64,000 bases of DNA from Camelus dromedarius (lineage: Eukaryota), in the NCBI RefSeq assembly GCF_036321535.1, contig NC_087445.1:78120001-78184000 (forward strand), given 5' to 3'. Below are positions 1 to 24,424 of this stretch, piece by piece; position 1 is the first letter of the stretch; each line of letters starts with the position of its first letter. Under the pieces are notes generated by a model. It saw only the letters and a program-made list of their open reading frames with translations, was not told the DNA's origin and did no database searches. Both the position numbers and the translations under genes were made by a program.

Positions 1-1019
1 GTCCCCTCACATGCCATATGCCATCCAGCCTGGCCCAGCCCTCTGAGGCCAGGTGGGCGACCCTGCTCTGCTGGCCTCTGGCAGGGCCTACCCTGTCCCA
101 GCCACCTCTCTGCTCCTACCTGACACCCAGTCCAGCAGGCACCCCCCCCCCCAGCTGCCAGCAGGGCCCTACCCCACCCCCCCATCCATAGGTGCTGTGA
201 GAACTACCCCCTCCGAGGGCAGGCTGACTGCCAGCAGGGCCGAGAGATGGGCTGGTGGGCAGGCCTCCACCCCCGCGTCCCGGAAGCCTCCCCTTCCCTA
301 ATTCCTGTGCCTAGAGAGCCCACACTGGGGGCAGCAGGGTGGCAGTCAGTGGGCAGGTGCTAGGGGTCAGGCACCACACTGATACCTAGGGCACTCCCTT
401 TAGTCCACAGCCTGTGAAGTCGACTATCCTTGTCCCCCCCCACGCCCCCCCGGTGTGGCGACCAGACCGACCTGAAATGAACTTACCAGGCCACTCATCT
501 AATGGGCCTCCCGTGCTCTGGTCTCGCCCTTTGGAGCCTCCCTGCCCAGCTAGTGTCTCCTGGCTCAGCACCTTGTTTGGGAGGGGACTGCAGGAAGGGT
601 GTTGCTATGCAGTTTGAGTGAGCCACGTGCAGACCGGCCGGACGTTGAATGCAGGGAGCGCAGAAGTGTGCCCTTGCTCGCGAGAAGCTGAGCATACTGG
701 GGACAGGTGGCTGCTGGCATGCAGGCCGGGCCCGTCTGGCCCGTTACCTGGGGAGTGTTTGGCACTTCCAACACTGAAGCACAGAGGCCAGCAGGGCGGG
801 AAGCGGCCCATCTGCTCCTGCCTGGGCTGAGCCCAGGCGTGAATTCCGGGAGCGTTCCCGCAACGCGAGTCGGGGCTTGGTCCTCCTCCAAGGCTGGCCA
901 GGCCGCCAGCTGCCCTGGAGCAGGTGTCTTGGAGGTGGGGGCTGGTAGGACAGGTCGGGTGCTCCCTGGACACAGGTCCCCCTAGTTACACCTAGGCCTG
1001 CACCTTGTGCGTGAAAAGA

Positions 1020-1500
1020 GCCTGTCACCCAGCGCCCAGCACAGCCCGAACCTGCCGCCAGCGGGCCACACGGGTCAGGCCCACGGCGCGGCCCCTTTAA
1101 GTGCAGTCCTGCCGGCCGCCATCGGGGGCAGCACCGAGCGGCCCGGCGGCCTCGCGCCGCTGCCTCGAAGCTTCTGCCGGTGCCGGGGACGCGGCGAAGT
1201 GGGGGACGGCGGAGCGCGCGCCGGCCTGAGCAGCCCACCGGGCGCGGTGGGGAGCACCGCCCAGGTAAGGGGTCCGGGGCAGTTGCCCATCGCATCCTTC
1301 GCGGGTGGGGCACCCGCAGGGATGCGGGTGCTGCCCCGAGAGGACGCGGGCAGGTCTGCACCCGGGCTCTCCCGGAGCCAGGGACGGCCTGCGCGGCAGG
1401 GAAGGCCACCCGCGGGGCTCATTAGGCCCAGGACCCCGGCGGGGGTGGACCTTCCCATCCCATCCCCACGGGAAGGGGTGTCGCCCAGTCTAGCTCCTCA
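1020..1500 (+). promoter_or_regulatory. CpG-rich putative AJM1 promoter and non-coding exon 1 (ends 1264)
   Basis: Dense CpG. TTTAA TATA-like element at 1096-1100. Strong donor CAG|GTAAGG at 1264/1265. No ATG seen between about 1120 and 1264. Confidence 0.5.
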
Positions 1501-2943
1501 CCGCAGCAGCATCAAGGCCGGGCTGTCACCTCCCTGGGGCGGAGCCTCAAGCCCTGTCATCCAGCCCCCAATTCCGGCCTGGCTTTGAGCTTAGGATGGA
1601 AGTGGGTGGGAGGGTGATGGTCCTGGGAACCAGGAATAGTTGAGGGGATAGGCTGGGAACTGGGATGGGGACAGACACTGGGCCAGGGTGGCCCTGACTG
1701 GGCAGGGCAGCCCTGCCAGCAGGAAGCCCCTTGCACACCTGGGACACAGAGGATCATCCAGACCAGAGGTCCTGCCAGCTGAGGGTCCAGCTCTCCGCTT
1801 TCCCCATCTCACCCTGGAGCATGCTCCCCCAGACGGTGGGAGGGGCAGGGGACCCTGCTTCCACTGACTGAGCCCCCCTCCCCAGCCTCTCCAGGCTCCT
1901 GGCATCACAGAGAAGCTGGTGGTCCAAGTCTGAATGTGAGCCTGGCTGGGAGGGGCGGATCCGAGCCCAGCCCGCAGGCGGGGGCGTGGAACCTCAGGTT
2001 TCCATGGAGCCTTCCCGAACTTCTGTGGGGAGGGCCTTCCTGGGAATCAGGGGTGGGCTGCGGGGGCTTTACCCGCCCACTGCCCTGCTTCCCCTGCTGG
2101 CAGACTCCTGGCCTGGTGCACTGCTCAGGGAACCAGGGGCAGCCTTGAGCTCCGGCTCACACACCCCCACGTGGTCCTACAGCTGGGTTCTGGTTTCCAG
2201 CTGTAGTGCACCGGCTGCAAAGCTGAGAGGGTCTCTCCTTGGGGTTTCTCATGATAGCCCCAAAGACCTTGGTGGATTTCAACCACCCCAAGATGAGTCA
2301 GAGAATGTTTCTGCAAATGAAAGGGGGGCATGAGGGCCCAGGTATGATCTTTGGATGCATTCTGGCCTGGGCCACATGGAGAGTTGAGAGTGGGGCAGGC
2401 AAGTCTGTGAGCTTAGATGCCATGTCTGGACCTGATGGGGCCACCTCAGGGCCCCCTGGGGCCTCAGTACTGGGGCTTGACACAGTGTGGGAAAGGATTC
2501 CATGACCAGCCTGGTCAGCAGGTAGAGGGGAGGCTCGGGTGACTGAGCAGAGCTGATAAGGGTAGAGCCTGGGGCTGCCCTCAGACTGCACCATTGGAGG
2601 GAGGGCTCGCTCTGCACTGGGTGCCAGGAGGGGGCTTCGGTCACCTACAGGCTTTATGGAGCCAACACCTATAAAGAAATCTGTAAAGGTCCCAAATGAG
2701 CAGTCATTCCAGCTGTGGGCACCACAGTGGTGGTCCTAGGACCACACTCCCACTCTTCCTCCCAGAAAGAGGTCTACCTACACCTGCCCAGTGGTCACTA
2801 GTGGGTGCAGGAGCTTGGGAACCACTGCAGTGACATCCCCTTTCTGGCTGACCTGCCTCATCCCAGCAGAAACTGGCCCAGAAAGGATGGTCTGGATACG
2901 GGGGCAGGATCTGAGTGGCTGGACAGCTGGGTTCCTCCTGCAG

Positions 2944-3027
2944 GTGCTTCTGACGCCAGCATGGAACAAGCGCCTGAGGCCTCGGCCAGGGCCCGGCACC
3001 AGGGCTGCCCTGCCCACTGTGCCCCAG
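2944..3027 (+). other. Putative AJM1 5' leader exon 2
   Basis: Acceptor TTCCTCCTGCAG ends 2943. Donor CAG|GTAAGC at 3027/3028. A 75-nt intron follows, with branch-like CTGAC (3082-3086) and acceptor GTCTCCCCCCAG ending 3102. Confidence 0.55.
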
Positions 3028-3124
3028 GTAAGCCGGGCCAGCGCTGGGGGTTAGCGGGGCCTGGGCTGCAGAGGGGCTGCCCTGACCCGCGTCTCCCCCC
3101 AGGGCGAAAGCCCCAAAAGGCTGA

Positions 3125-6082
<2,958 letters not shown>

Positions 6083-6099
6083 ACCCGGGGGCACGTCCT

Positions 6100-6260
6100 G
6101 GCCCTGCCCAGTCCACCCAGAGCCCACCCTGAACCCCATCCAGTCCACCTGAGCCCCGCCCAGTCCACCTAGGGCCCACCCACCTAACCCCACCCAGTCC
6201 ATCCCGAACCCTGCCCCTGCCACGCCTTGAGTCCCCCAGGCCCCGCCCAGCTTTCCGCAA
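6100..6260 (+). repeat. Degenerate C-rich tandem repeat in the AJM1 3' UTR
   Basis: CCCAGTCCACC or CCAGTCCA recurs about every 20-35 nt just after the stop codon. Confidence 0.55.
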
Positions 6261-7462
6261 GCTCCGCCCATGTCCCGCCTTTGCGTTCTCCACAGGCCCC
6301 GCCTTTCCCTCCCCGCCCTCGCCTATTATTCCGCACCCCTCCAAGCCTCGCCCAGCTCCTTTCTCCCCAAGCTCGCCCTCGGGCCTCCCCAGAGGCCGGT
6401 CCTCGGCCGCTTGGTGCTTCCCGCTGGGAGGTGGGGTGGGTCTGAGGACCGCTCCGCCCCTTCACGCAGAAGGGTCACTACTGCAGACCCCACCGCACAC
6501 ATCCGGTTCGTCCGTCCCCTGTCCATCTGCAGGGCCTCCCTGGAACCTTCCCAACCCTGGCTCGCCCTGGTCCAGGAGCCCGTGTTGACCAAAGCCTAAT
6601 CCCGTCCCTTTAAACTCACCCTCCCACCCGCCTCCCGTGGTCTGGAATGCGTCCTGCTCAGAGGCCTTTCCTCTCTAGAGGACACCCTGATTGGCCTCCG
6701 TGTGTCCGCGTCACGAGTATGCTCCAGCCTGGTGGGCCGGGCCGGCGTGTAACTGCGCGGTTTGTTTCTCCCGGCCCCCGCTGTGCCAGACCTTGAGCAC
6801 GCACATTGACGGCGCTACCCTTCCTGCTGCAGGGTTTGGGGCTAGCGGCAGTGAAGGGGTACTCGGCATGGGAGGGTCTTCAGCCAAGGCACAAGACACG
6901 CCGCCAGAAGGAAGGGGTTCCTGGGCGGGGGAAGCACAGGTTATGTGTAGGGGCGCCGGCCAGTGCTGAGACCTGGTTGGGCGAGCAAACGGCAGCGCAG
7001 GCCGTAACCTCACAGGGAGACAGGAAGCAGGTGAAGGATGGATGAGCGGGAGGGGCTGAGGAAGCCGTCCAGGAGAGCCCCTATTCTCTGGAGTACAGAG
7101 GACAGAAGAGGAGGGGCGTTCCCAGTTTGGAACCGGGAGGAGGAAGCGTAGATGGGAATAGGTGAGGGAGCGAGCTAGTCCGCCAGGGCGGTGGTCCATC
7201 CGGAGAGATGGGGGCATGATTGCACAAACACCCCCGTGCTCGCGCCCGCGCGATCTGGCCGCGCTCCGTGGTGAGGGCTGGACACGCGAGGCTTGCAGCC
7301 CAGTTCTGGTTCCCTGGAGCGCAAGTTCCGGTGTCCCTCGTATCCCGCCCTCCCCCGGGGTGCGCTCCAAATATGGTTAGTGACCTGCAGAGGGGGTGAG
7401 GCCAGGCGCCCGCCAGGGCCCTCCTGTAGCCCACAAACCTCCATCGGGGCCAAGTGGGGCAT

Positions 7463-7478
7463 CAATTAAATTTAATTG
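7463..7478. terminator. Perfect 16-bp palindrome CAATTAAATTTAATTG with an ATTAAA poly(A) hexamer on both strands; candidate AJM1 PAS
   Basis: ATTAAA at 7465-7470 (+) and 7476-7471 (-). It is an isolated AT island in GC-rich DNA and the first such hexamer I found after the AJM1 stop. Confidence 0.55.
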
Positions 7479-8420
7479 CGGACGTCCCCCCAATCCCCTG
7501 CCTCCTTTCCCGGTCTTCGCTCCCGACTGTGCACCCGTGCCCATCTCCCCTCATGCCTTCCCCAACACGCCCGCGGGCCTGCCTCGGCTCCGCGCATTTG
7601 CACAGGCCAACGTGCCCAGCTTGCCCCACCCGCCTTCGCGGCCTCCCAAATTTGGCCGCTGCGCCCCCTCGCCCCTGGGCCTCGGCCTTCCTCCCCACGC
7701 CTGAGGGCCGGCGGTCCAGGAAGGATCCTGGACCGGGATTATTTCCAGAGGGCGAGCGCTTTCGAACCAAGGAAAATAGAACTCGAATGTAGCCAATGCT
7801 GCCTCGTTCATTGTGCAGAGTGGGTGGGATGCAGGATGCAGTGCTTCGGAAACGGGGGAGACCATGTAATAATGGGGGAGAGACAGGGGAGATCTTCGGA
7901 CACAATGGGGGAAGGGGGAGGGAGGAAAGTCATAGGACAGCATGGGGGTGCGGGGGAGAGCGAGGCACTCGGACACAGCGCGGGGGCCCGGGAGGGAGGC
8001 CATGGGACAGCGTGAGGGGTATGGGAAGGGAGGCCTTCGGTTACGGTAGAGGGAACCAGGGCCGGCGCGCGTTCCCTCGGGCGTCACGGGCCGCCGAGCC
8101 CCCTCCAAAGGGGCCTGTCATCCGCTCCCGACCCCACTGGGAAAGAACTTTAACTCGGTTGCATTGAACCATCACCTACTCCTGCTGCCACGTTCTCCTT
8201 TAAATAGGGCCGGCAAGGTGCTGGGCTGCAAAGAGCTGGGTTGCGATTGGCCAGTCCGTGCTGCGCGTTGGCGGCACGATTGGCTGAGGCGCTGGGCCCG
8301 GGCAGCATGTCCCTACGGGATTGGTTACGAGCTTCGAGGCTCCGCCCTCCACGCTGACGTGCACCCCGGGGTCGCGATGGGAAGGGCCACAGGCCTCAGG
8401 GGCGGGCGCCCTCCGGGAAT

Positions 8421-9663
<1,243 letters not shown>

Positions 9664-9802
9664 GGCCCACCGGAGGCCTGCCGCCTCCAGGATCCTCTCA
9701 GAACTCTGCCCTCGAGGCCCCTCCCAAGGAGCTGGACTGCAGCCCCTGGCTTTTTGCCACCCTGGCTAGGCCTTGGTGCCCGGGATTACCTCTCCAGGGA
9801 AC

Positions 9803-9808
9803 ATTAAA
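9803..9808 (+). terminator. PHPT1 poly(A) signal ATTAAA
   Basis: 140 nt after the stop, followed by GU/U-rich GGTGTGTGTCTTGGTTTTT. A further AATAAA lies at 10751-10756. Confidence 0.7.
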
Positions 9809-11273
9809 AGCATTGTCACCTCTGCTGGTCCCCAGATGGTGTGTGTCTTGGTTTTTCTGTTCCTAGGTTACCTCTGAACTCCTGACGAGAGTAGGTGGGT
9901 AGCTGAGAGCCAGAGGCAGCCTTGGGGGCACAGGTCACTCCTGGCTGCTCCTTACCTGGCTCCACCTCTGGGCCCAGGGAGGAGCAGTGCACACTCAGCC
10001 CTTTGGGGTCTGATAAGGGGCCCCTGGGTTGCTGCCCCCGTTTATGGCCTGATTGCTGTTCCATGCACCTGCTCTCCCCAAGGACATCTGGGAGGAGGCC
10101 TGATGAGCCCTTACGCAAGGAGCTAGGGCCGAGTCCCTTGGGGCGGCAAGGCAGGGGCCCATCCCAATGTGTGGGGAGCGCAGGCACCAGCACCACCGTC
10201 CTGGCTGCCTCATGTCAGCATCCACGTGTGGTCTGCCCACTGAGGTCACAAGTGAAGTGGTGCACGACCTCTTGATTCCCAGATCAGGTCCCGTGGCCCC
10301 TACCCTAGAGTCACAGGCTCCCGCTCAGAATGAACAGGCAGGACTGCAGACTTGGAGCTGGCACTCCCAGGACCCCGTTCCCCTTTTCCTGGCTGTGAGG
10401 AGTAGAGGTGGCATGCGGGGAGGGCAGGGACAGGCACGGCTGTCCCTGTGGCTCACCATGAGCTTTGGTCCCCTTGCTGAGGCTGCGATCACATTGTGCC
10501 AGCCTCCTGTGAGCTCCCAGGGGCTTTGTAGTGGCCTCTCCAGACAGGCACTCTTGTGACCACATTTTACAGATGAAGAAACCGAGGCTCAGGTGAGATG
10601 AGCTCACTTGGCCACACGGTGGTAAACTGTGGACAGAGCCTGGCTCTAAACCCTCCTCTCGGGTCTGTGCCACAAGGCCCAGAGCCCCTGGGCTTCTCTG
10701 GACACTGCCTGGCAGTGCCTGGCCCTCGCTGCTCAGGACACTTGCTGATGAATAAACAGTCATCACTTGCGAGTGAGCAAGACTGTGTGAGTTACAGAGG
10801 AGGAGGATGTCCCTGGTTGCTAGGGCCGCCCCCTCCCCAAGCAGGGACCTCAGGGGCCAGGTGTGGGGTTTGCATGAGCTGGGTTCCTCCTGGCAGCCTG
10901 GGCAGAGCTGAGTTGAACTTCCAGGAGGTGTCGGGACACCTGTGCCACTCGGTGCTGCCTCAAGTGGGGCCTCTCCACCAGAGCTGTGCAGCCGTGAGCA
11001 CGATGTCCAGGACCTGACTTTTGACCTAAAGGAGCCAGGCAGGTGGGAGCCTACCTGGGCCGGGGCCCCCTCTGGAGGCGTTTACAGCTGGATGTTCACC
11101 CTCGTGGGCACAGGGTGGGGCCGGGCCAGGGGCCGCAGGGACAGAAAGGGGCTGAGCCTCGCTCTCCAGTTAGAGCAGTTGGCCTGTGGGGCCTCGGGCC
11201 CATAACCAGGCGAAGTCCCTGCGAGGCTGGCCAGCATCCACACTGCCTCTCGGCCTGGCTCTCGGGCCTGACC

Positions 11274-19267
<7,994 letters not shown>

Positions 19268-19428
19268 ATCACCCAGAGAAGACCCCAGCTCCTCACCTGT
19301 GTTCCTCACCTCCCCAGGACCCTGGCCCCAGGACCAACACTTGCCCCTCCCCCAGGACACGCTGACCCCTGCGTCCATCACCCTCCACAGACTGCCCCCA
19401 CAGGCCTGGGTTTGGTCCTTACCCCAAC

Positions 19429-19434
19429 AATAAA
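19429..19434 (+). terminator. MAMDC4 poly(A) signal AATAAA (a second one at 20128-20133)
   Basis: Canonical hexamer about 160 nt after the stop, with GU-rich GGTTTGTGTGT downstream. Confidence 0.75.
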
Positions 19435-20560
19435 CGCCCTGGCCCACGAGGGGATGCCCTGCTGGCCAGCAGGGTCGAGGTTTGTGTGTCCTACTCTGCC
19501 CATCAGCAGGAAGGGGGGATCCTCAGACTCAACCCAACCTGCTGCCCCAGAGGATGCGCATGGGGGCGCCTCCTGCGTGTCTCAGTGACTTAGTTGACAG
19601 GAAACAGGCCACATGACACAGGGCCAGGGGCTACAGACACTAGGAGGCCGATGCAGTGGGACCCTGAGAAGCCACTGCCCCAGGCCAGGCAAGCCCCAGC
19701 CCAACCTTGTGGGAATCTGATCCAGGGCCCATCCGAGCCCCTGCCTCACTAGGCGATTCTGCATCTGATTTAGGACAGAGGGAAACCCCCACGGGTGCAG
19801 GCAATGGGCTGATGAACAAGTCCAAGGTGGGGAGATGCCCTGATGTGTCCACTGTCCCATAGTAAGGGTTCCCCTGTCCAGAGCCCCAGAGGTTCCCATG
19901 TTCACCCTTCCATCATCAAGATCCCCGTGTCCAACATCTCACAGTAAGGGTTTAAGCTGTCCCCAGAATCGGTCTCAAAGCAGAGGTCACTAAGTGTCCC
20001 CATGATGCCCCTGAGCAGGTCACTGGTAGGCAAAGCTGAGGTTCCTGCCCTCCTGGCTTCCCAGGGCCTGAGGACAAAGGTGACCCCCTAGACGTGTCTC
20101 AAGGTCCCCACCCACACACCAGCCTCTAATAAAATGGAGCCCCGAGTCTTTCTAACCCAAAGAAGGTCCCAGGCTCTGATCTTCCGTGCCAGAGTTTGAC
20201 ACACCCCACCTGGGTCTGGAAGGCCCTATGGGGAATGGCTGTCCTGGGGGAGAGTGGCGGCCCATGGCCTAGTGCCCCCTCCAGCCCAGGGGATCCACCT
20301 TGCCACTACGGCCCCTGGGTTCTGCAGGGGAGGACAGAGGCCTGGTGCCAAGAGGCTGACCTTCGCCCACTAACGGCCCCTGCAGACGGGACAGGGACCA
20401 GAGCCCGCACAGTGCCTTCACACCCCGTGGCCCTCCACCTGCCATGGCATCTCACGGTATCAGCCCTTCGCCACGCTGTGGGCCAAAGGCGGGGTTGCTA
20501 AAGGTGCGACAGAAGAGACTGGACAGCACGACGCACCACCAGCAGGAAGGGCGACAAACG

Positions 20561-20566
20561 TTTATT
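20561..20566 (-). terminator. EDF1 poly(A) signal AATAAA
   Basis: TTTATT on the + strand, about 370 nt past the EDF1 stop. Confidence 0.75.
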
Positions 20567-20934
20567 CGTTTCTCTAAGGGCCGGGCTGGAGACACAGCTC
20601 CTCTCCCAGACGGCCAGGCCGCCCGCCCGCCCCCGGTGAGGCGGTCCCCCTCAGGGCTCCCTGGGAGCCACGCGCAGCTGGGCGGACACGGGGGAGAGGA
20701 AGGCGGCGCTCCGCACCCCGTTTGAGGGACGGGGGCAGGGAGGAAAAAACCAGGAGAAGCAAACACTTTGCAAAGTTTTGTTTGTTAGTCTGACAGCAGG
20801 TTTGGGGAGGGGTCCCGGGCAGGGCTGACGCCCTGCGTTCCACTTGGCCACGTGGAGAGACCCGCGCCAGCGGTGGCGGTCAGGGAACCAGCCAGGCGAG
20901 GTCAGCCGGACGCACTGACTTCGAGGCTTTGTGT

Positions 20935-23900
20935 TCATTTCGCCCTCGGCCCCTTCTCGATGGGCTTCCCGACGTCCTTCCCCCGGAGCTTGAGGCCTGA
21001 AAGACCAGCAGCCCACTGAGCGCCGCGGCGCCCACTCGCGTTTCGAGGACCCCGGCCACAGCCCCGGGGGCGGCAGCGGGCACCCTCACCACCTCTGAGC
21101 GCCAGCTCCCTGCCTCCTTTGGGGGGGGGTGGGGGCGAGGCAGGAGGGAGGAACACGCCCCACTCTGCCCCGACTGGGCCCTCAGCCCCCACACACCTAG
21201 TCTTCATGTTGAGTTTTTAAGAGCACGCGCCTCCCCATCCTTGAGGTGAAAGGCGAAACCCTTTCCCAGAACCAGGCCTCCTCGCTCGGGGAGCCTGGGG
21301 GCATGGGGAGCGAAATGCGACCGCAGCCAATACCCGAGAGTGCGAGCCTGCGGCACAGAGAACGGGGAAAGAGCCCAGACACTACTCACTTGTGAGAGTT
21401 TTCTTAAGTTTCTGGAGAATTCCGGGGCCCAGGGGCCTTCCTGTGCCCGTCCTCACCAGCCCCACCCGGGTCAGCGTGCCTGGCCAGCGAAGGCCGGCAG
21501 GGCACTCACCGATGGCTCTCTCGATCTTGCCGAGGACCTGATTGTTAGGGATGGCCCGGCCGCTCTCATAGTCCGCGATGACCTGCGGCTTCTCGTTGAT
21601 TTTCTAAAGAGAACATGTACTTTGCACATGTCAGTTCAAAGAGATGCTGGGAGGCCCAGACATACCCAGGTGGGACGCCTTGGACACCACGTTCCTGCGC
21701 TGACAGCAGCTCTCGGAGGCTCAGGGTCTCAGAGCCACGACACATGCAAGAGGAAGTTACAGCTAACACCCGTAGCTTCCCCAGAGCCTTCAGGGCCCCC
21801 GGAAGCCCCCTAAGTCCCCAGACGAGCAGGGCTCACGCCTCGGGTGCCTTCTGAAGGCCGTCCTCCCGCCTGCCTGATCCTGGGTCGGGGGGCCGCACGC
21901 TCACCGTCGCCAGGTCTTTCTGGGTCAGCCCCTTGCTCTGCCGGCCCTGCTGGATCACCTTGCCCACCTCCAGGGTCACCCGGTCGTGGTGCAGCTCCTC
22001 CGTCTCCCGATCCAGCTTGGCCGTGTTCTTGGTGATCGAATGCTGTTTGTTCTGGCCAGCGGCCCCTGGACCAGCATGAGGCAAGACCAGAGGAGAGGGT
22101 TTGTGACAAACCCAAACAAGAGCCACTGCAGACGAGGAACCAGGCCCAGCAGGTGCCCGTACCCAGGGTGACGAGCTGAGCCACTGCAGACAGGGAGCAC
22201 CCAGGGAGACAAGCTGAGCCAGGCCACCCTGTATCAGCACCTTCACAGACCTAAGAATGTGGAGTCCAGAATTTCCTCCTAGTCTTGGGAAGTCCCCCCA
22301 ACCTATGCCAACCACAGCTGCTCTGATGAGATCCAAGACACCTCCCAGCTATGCAGCGGCCTCAGCTGCCAGCGGCCGTCCCGACACCCCTGGGGGCGCC
22401 AGGCAGGCACCTGTAGATACTAGCCCCAGCGGCACCCCCGGCTCTGCAAGTGGAAACACAAGTACCTACATTTCTTGGACGTCTCCACATCTTCTCCTCG
22501 TCTCTGAGCCGCTAAGATGGCCTAGGAAATTAGGAGATTTTTTTGGTCAAAATTAGCTTTGGTAGTACCTGGCAAATGCCAATCCAGGCTGCTGTCAGTC
22601 AGTCAGCACACTGCTAACGCCTCGTGTTTTGTGAGCCCAGGCAGTCAGGCTCGGAGCTCATCCCCTTAAGCGCTGAGGTACCTGGGGCTTTTTCAAGGAC
22701 TGACAAGCAACACTGGGTTTAGACCAAAGCTTGCTATATAAATCCCTGTACAACCAAATAACCAGGCAACTCTCAATAAACTGCTGCTAAGGGAAACGAA
22801 GAGCTCACCTCTGCTGTTGAGAAAGCCGTGCTAATAGATTCCTTTTAGAAACCCACACTTAAAATAGATTTGTATCTCTACTAGACTCCACTGCAAAAAC
22901 AGGAAGGAACATCGAGTGAGGACCTAGTTTGGCCTTCCTCAGTCATTCCGGCTCATAATAAAAGATGGCGCATCGCACAACACCTGCAGGCCCCGCCCCA
23001 AACATCACCAAAGACAGTGATACCCCTCCATCCCCAGTTGCCGAATGTTAACGCAACGCATTTCCTGAAACCTCTGACACCTCCGCAAAGTTACTGTGGG
23101 ATGTTTTGTTCTAAGTATCACATGTTCACAGGTGCCTTCTAGAACTGTTCACGACTCCTAGCTTGTGGCTATTAAGTTTTCTTTGGGAAAGAAAAAAAAA
23201 AGGAGAGTGAATTTGGTTTTGACCAATTGACCAATTGACCAATTGCTAAGTCCAGGGCAGGTCAATGAATGCTGGTCACCAGGGCCGAAGCTAGTCATGG
23301 CCCAGAAGTGTCTAGGGCTGACCCAACGCGGCCTGAGAGAAAAAACAAGCAGAGGTCCCTCGTGACTGAACTGCCCTTCACCCCCTTACACTGACTCACA
23401 GATGAACCTTGGATGGGTTAGCCAGACTGGGAACCCTCTGTCCCAAGTACCTCTCAGTGCATGCTGGCTACCCTTGCGAGATGGGAACACAAGGTCCACC
23501 TGCCTGCTGCGTCTCTAGGCCACCCCAGCCTAGGCCAGGAGCTCCCGACAGCCAGCAGCGTGCCACATCGGACTCCCAGGCACCCCACAAAGAGAGTAAG
23601 GCGGCCCTGGGGCAGGGTGCCGGCCGACACTGCCCCTGTCCTATCCCTTCTCTGGCCCCACCACGGATCTCCACCCCGAGGTCCTCCCCTGCCAAAGTCG
23701 CCCCGCTTCCCCTCCCTTCCCAATGTCCCTGTCCCCACTAAGAGGTCGAGGGCCTCAAGGGCCTCGGGACCCTGCCTGGTATCATTAGCCCGAAGACCGC
23801 CTCGACCCTTCCACCCCCACCCCGCTCCGCTCCCTGCCACCAGCTCGGGCCCCGTCTCTCACCGCTGCCCCGGCCCCCGCCCCTGGCGCCTCTCCGCTCC

Positions 23901-24107
23901 CGTCCCGGTCCTCGACTCCGGTTCCCGGCCCCGCCCCCCCACCCCTGTCCCCACTCCCCGCCCCCGGCCCCCCGTCAGCCCCGCCCGCCCGGCCGCTCCT
24001 GGGTCCCGAGGCCCGCGCTGCACCCGCACCTGCTTGGACTTGGCCTGGGCGGCCGTGGGGCCCTTTTTGCGAAGCACCGTCACCGTGTCCCAGTCACTCT
24101 CAGCCAT
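20935..24107 (-). CDS. EDF1: Endothelial differentiation-related factor 1 (MBF1), 5 coding exons, 148 aa
   Basis: Minus-strand exons 24107-24030, 22521-22470, 22065-21905, 21603-21510 and 20996-20935 total 447 nt, all GT-AG. Protein [35 protein letters not shown]...[22 protein letters not shown]...GPRAK. Confidence 0.97.
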
Positions 24108-24420
24108 GGCGGGCAGGCGGGGCGGGCGGGGCGGGCGGTCCGACCGGCGGCTCCGAGGCAGCTGCTCGAGACCCGGCGACGCGACGTCCCCTCGTAGCTC
24201 GGGCGCTTCCGGCGTCAGAGCCGACCCGCCCCCTCAGCCCATTGGCCCGCGGTACGGGGGCGGGCACTTCCCGCGGCTCGGACCAATCCAAGCTCGGGTC
24301 GTCCGAGGGAACGCCGCGGGTGCGCGACGTGGGGCGGGAGACGTCGGGGCTAGGGCACGCGGCCACTAGGGGGCGCTGAAGGGGCGCTGGGGTACAGGCG
24401 GGGGATTGCGGGTGCTGGGC
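23850..24420 (-). promoter_or_regulatory. EDF1 CpG-island promoter with CCAAT and GC boxes and a CTCF consensus
   Basis: ATTGG at 24241-24245, CCAAT at 24283-24287, several GGGCGG boxes, and CCACTAGGGGGCGC at 24363-24376. Confidence 0.75.
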
Positions 24421-24424
24421 GGTG

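Noticed and set aside
1-1000. 3' end of the upstream syntenic neighbour RABL6
   Set aside because: No recognisable coding exon or poly(A) signal, so it cannot be supported.
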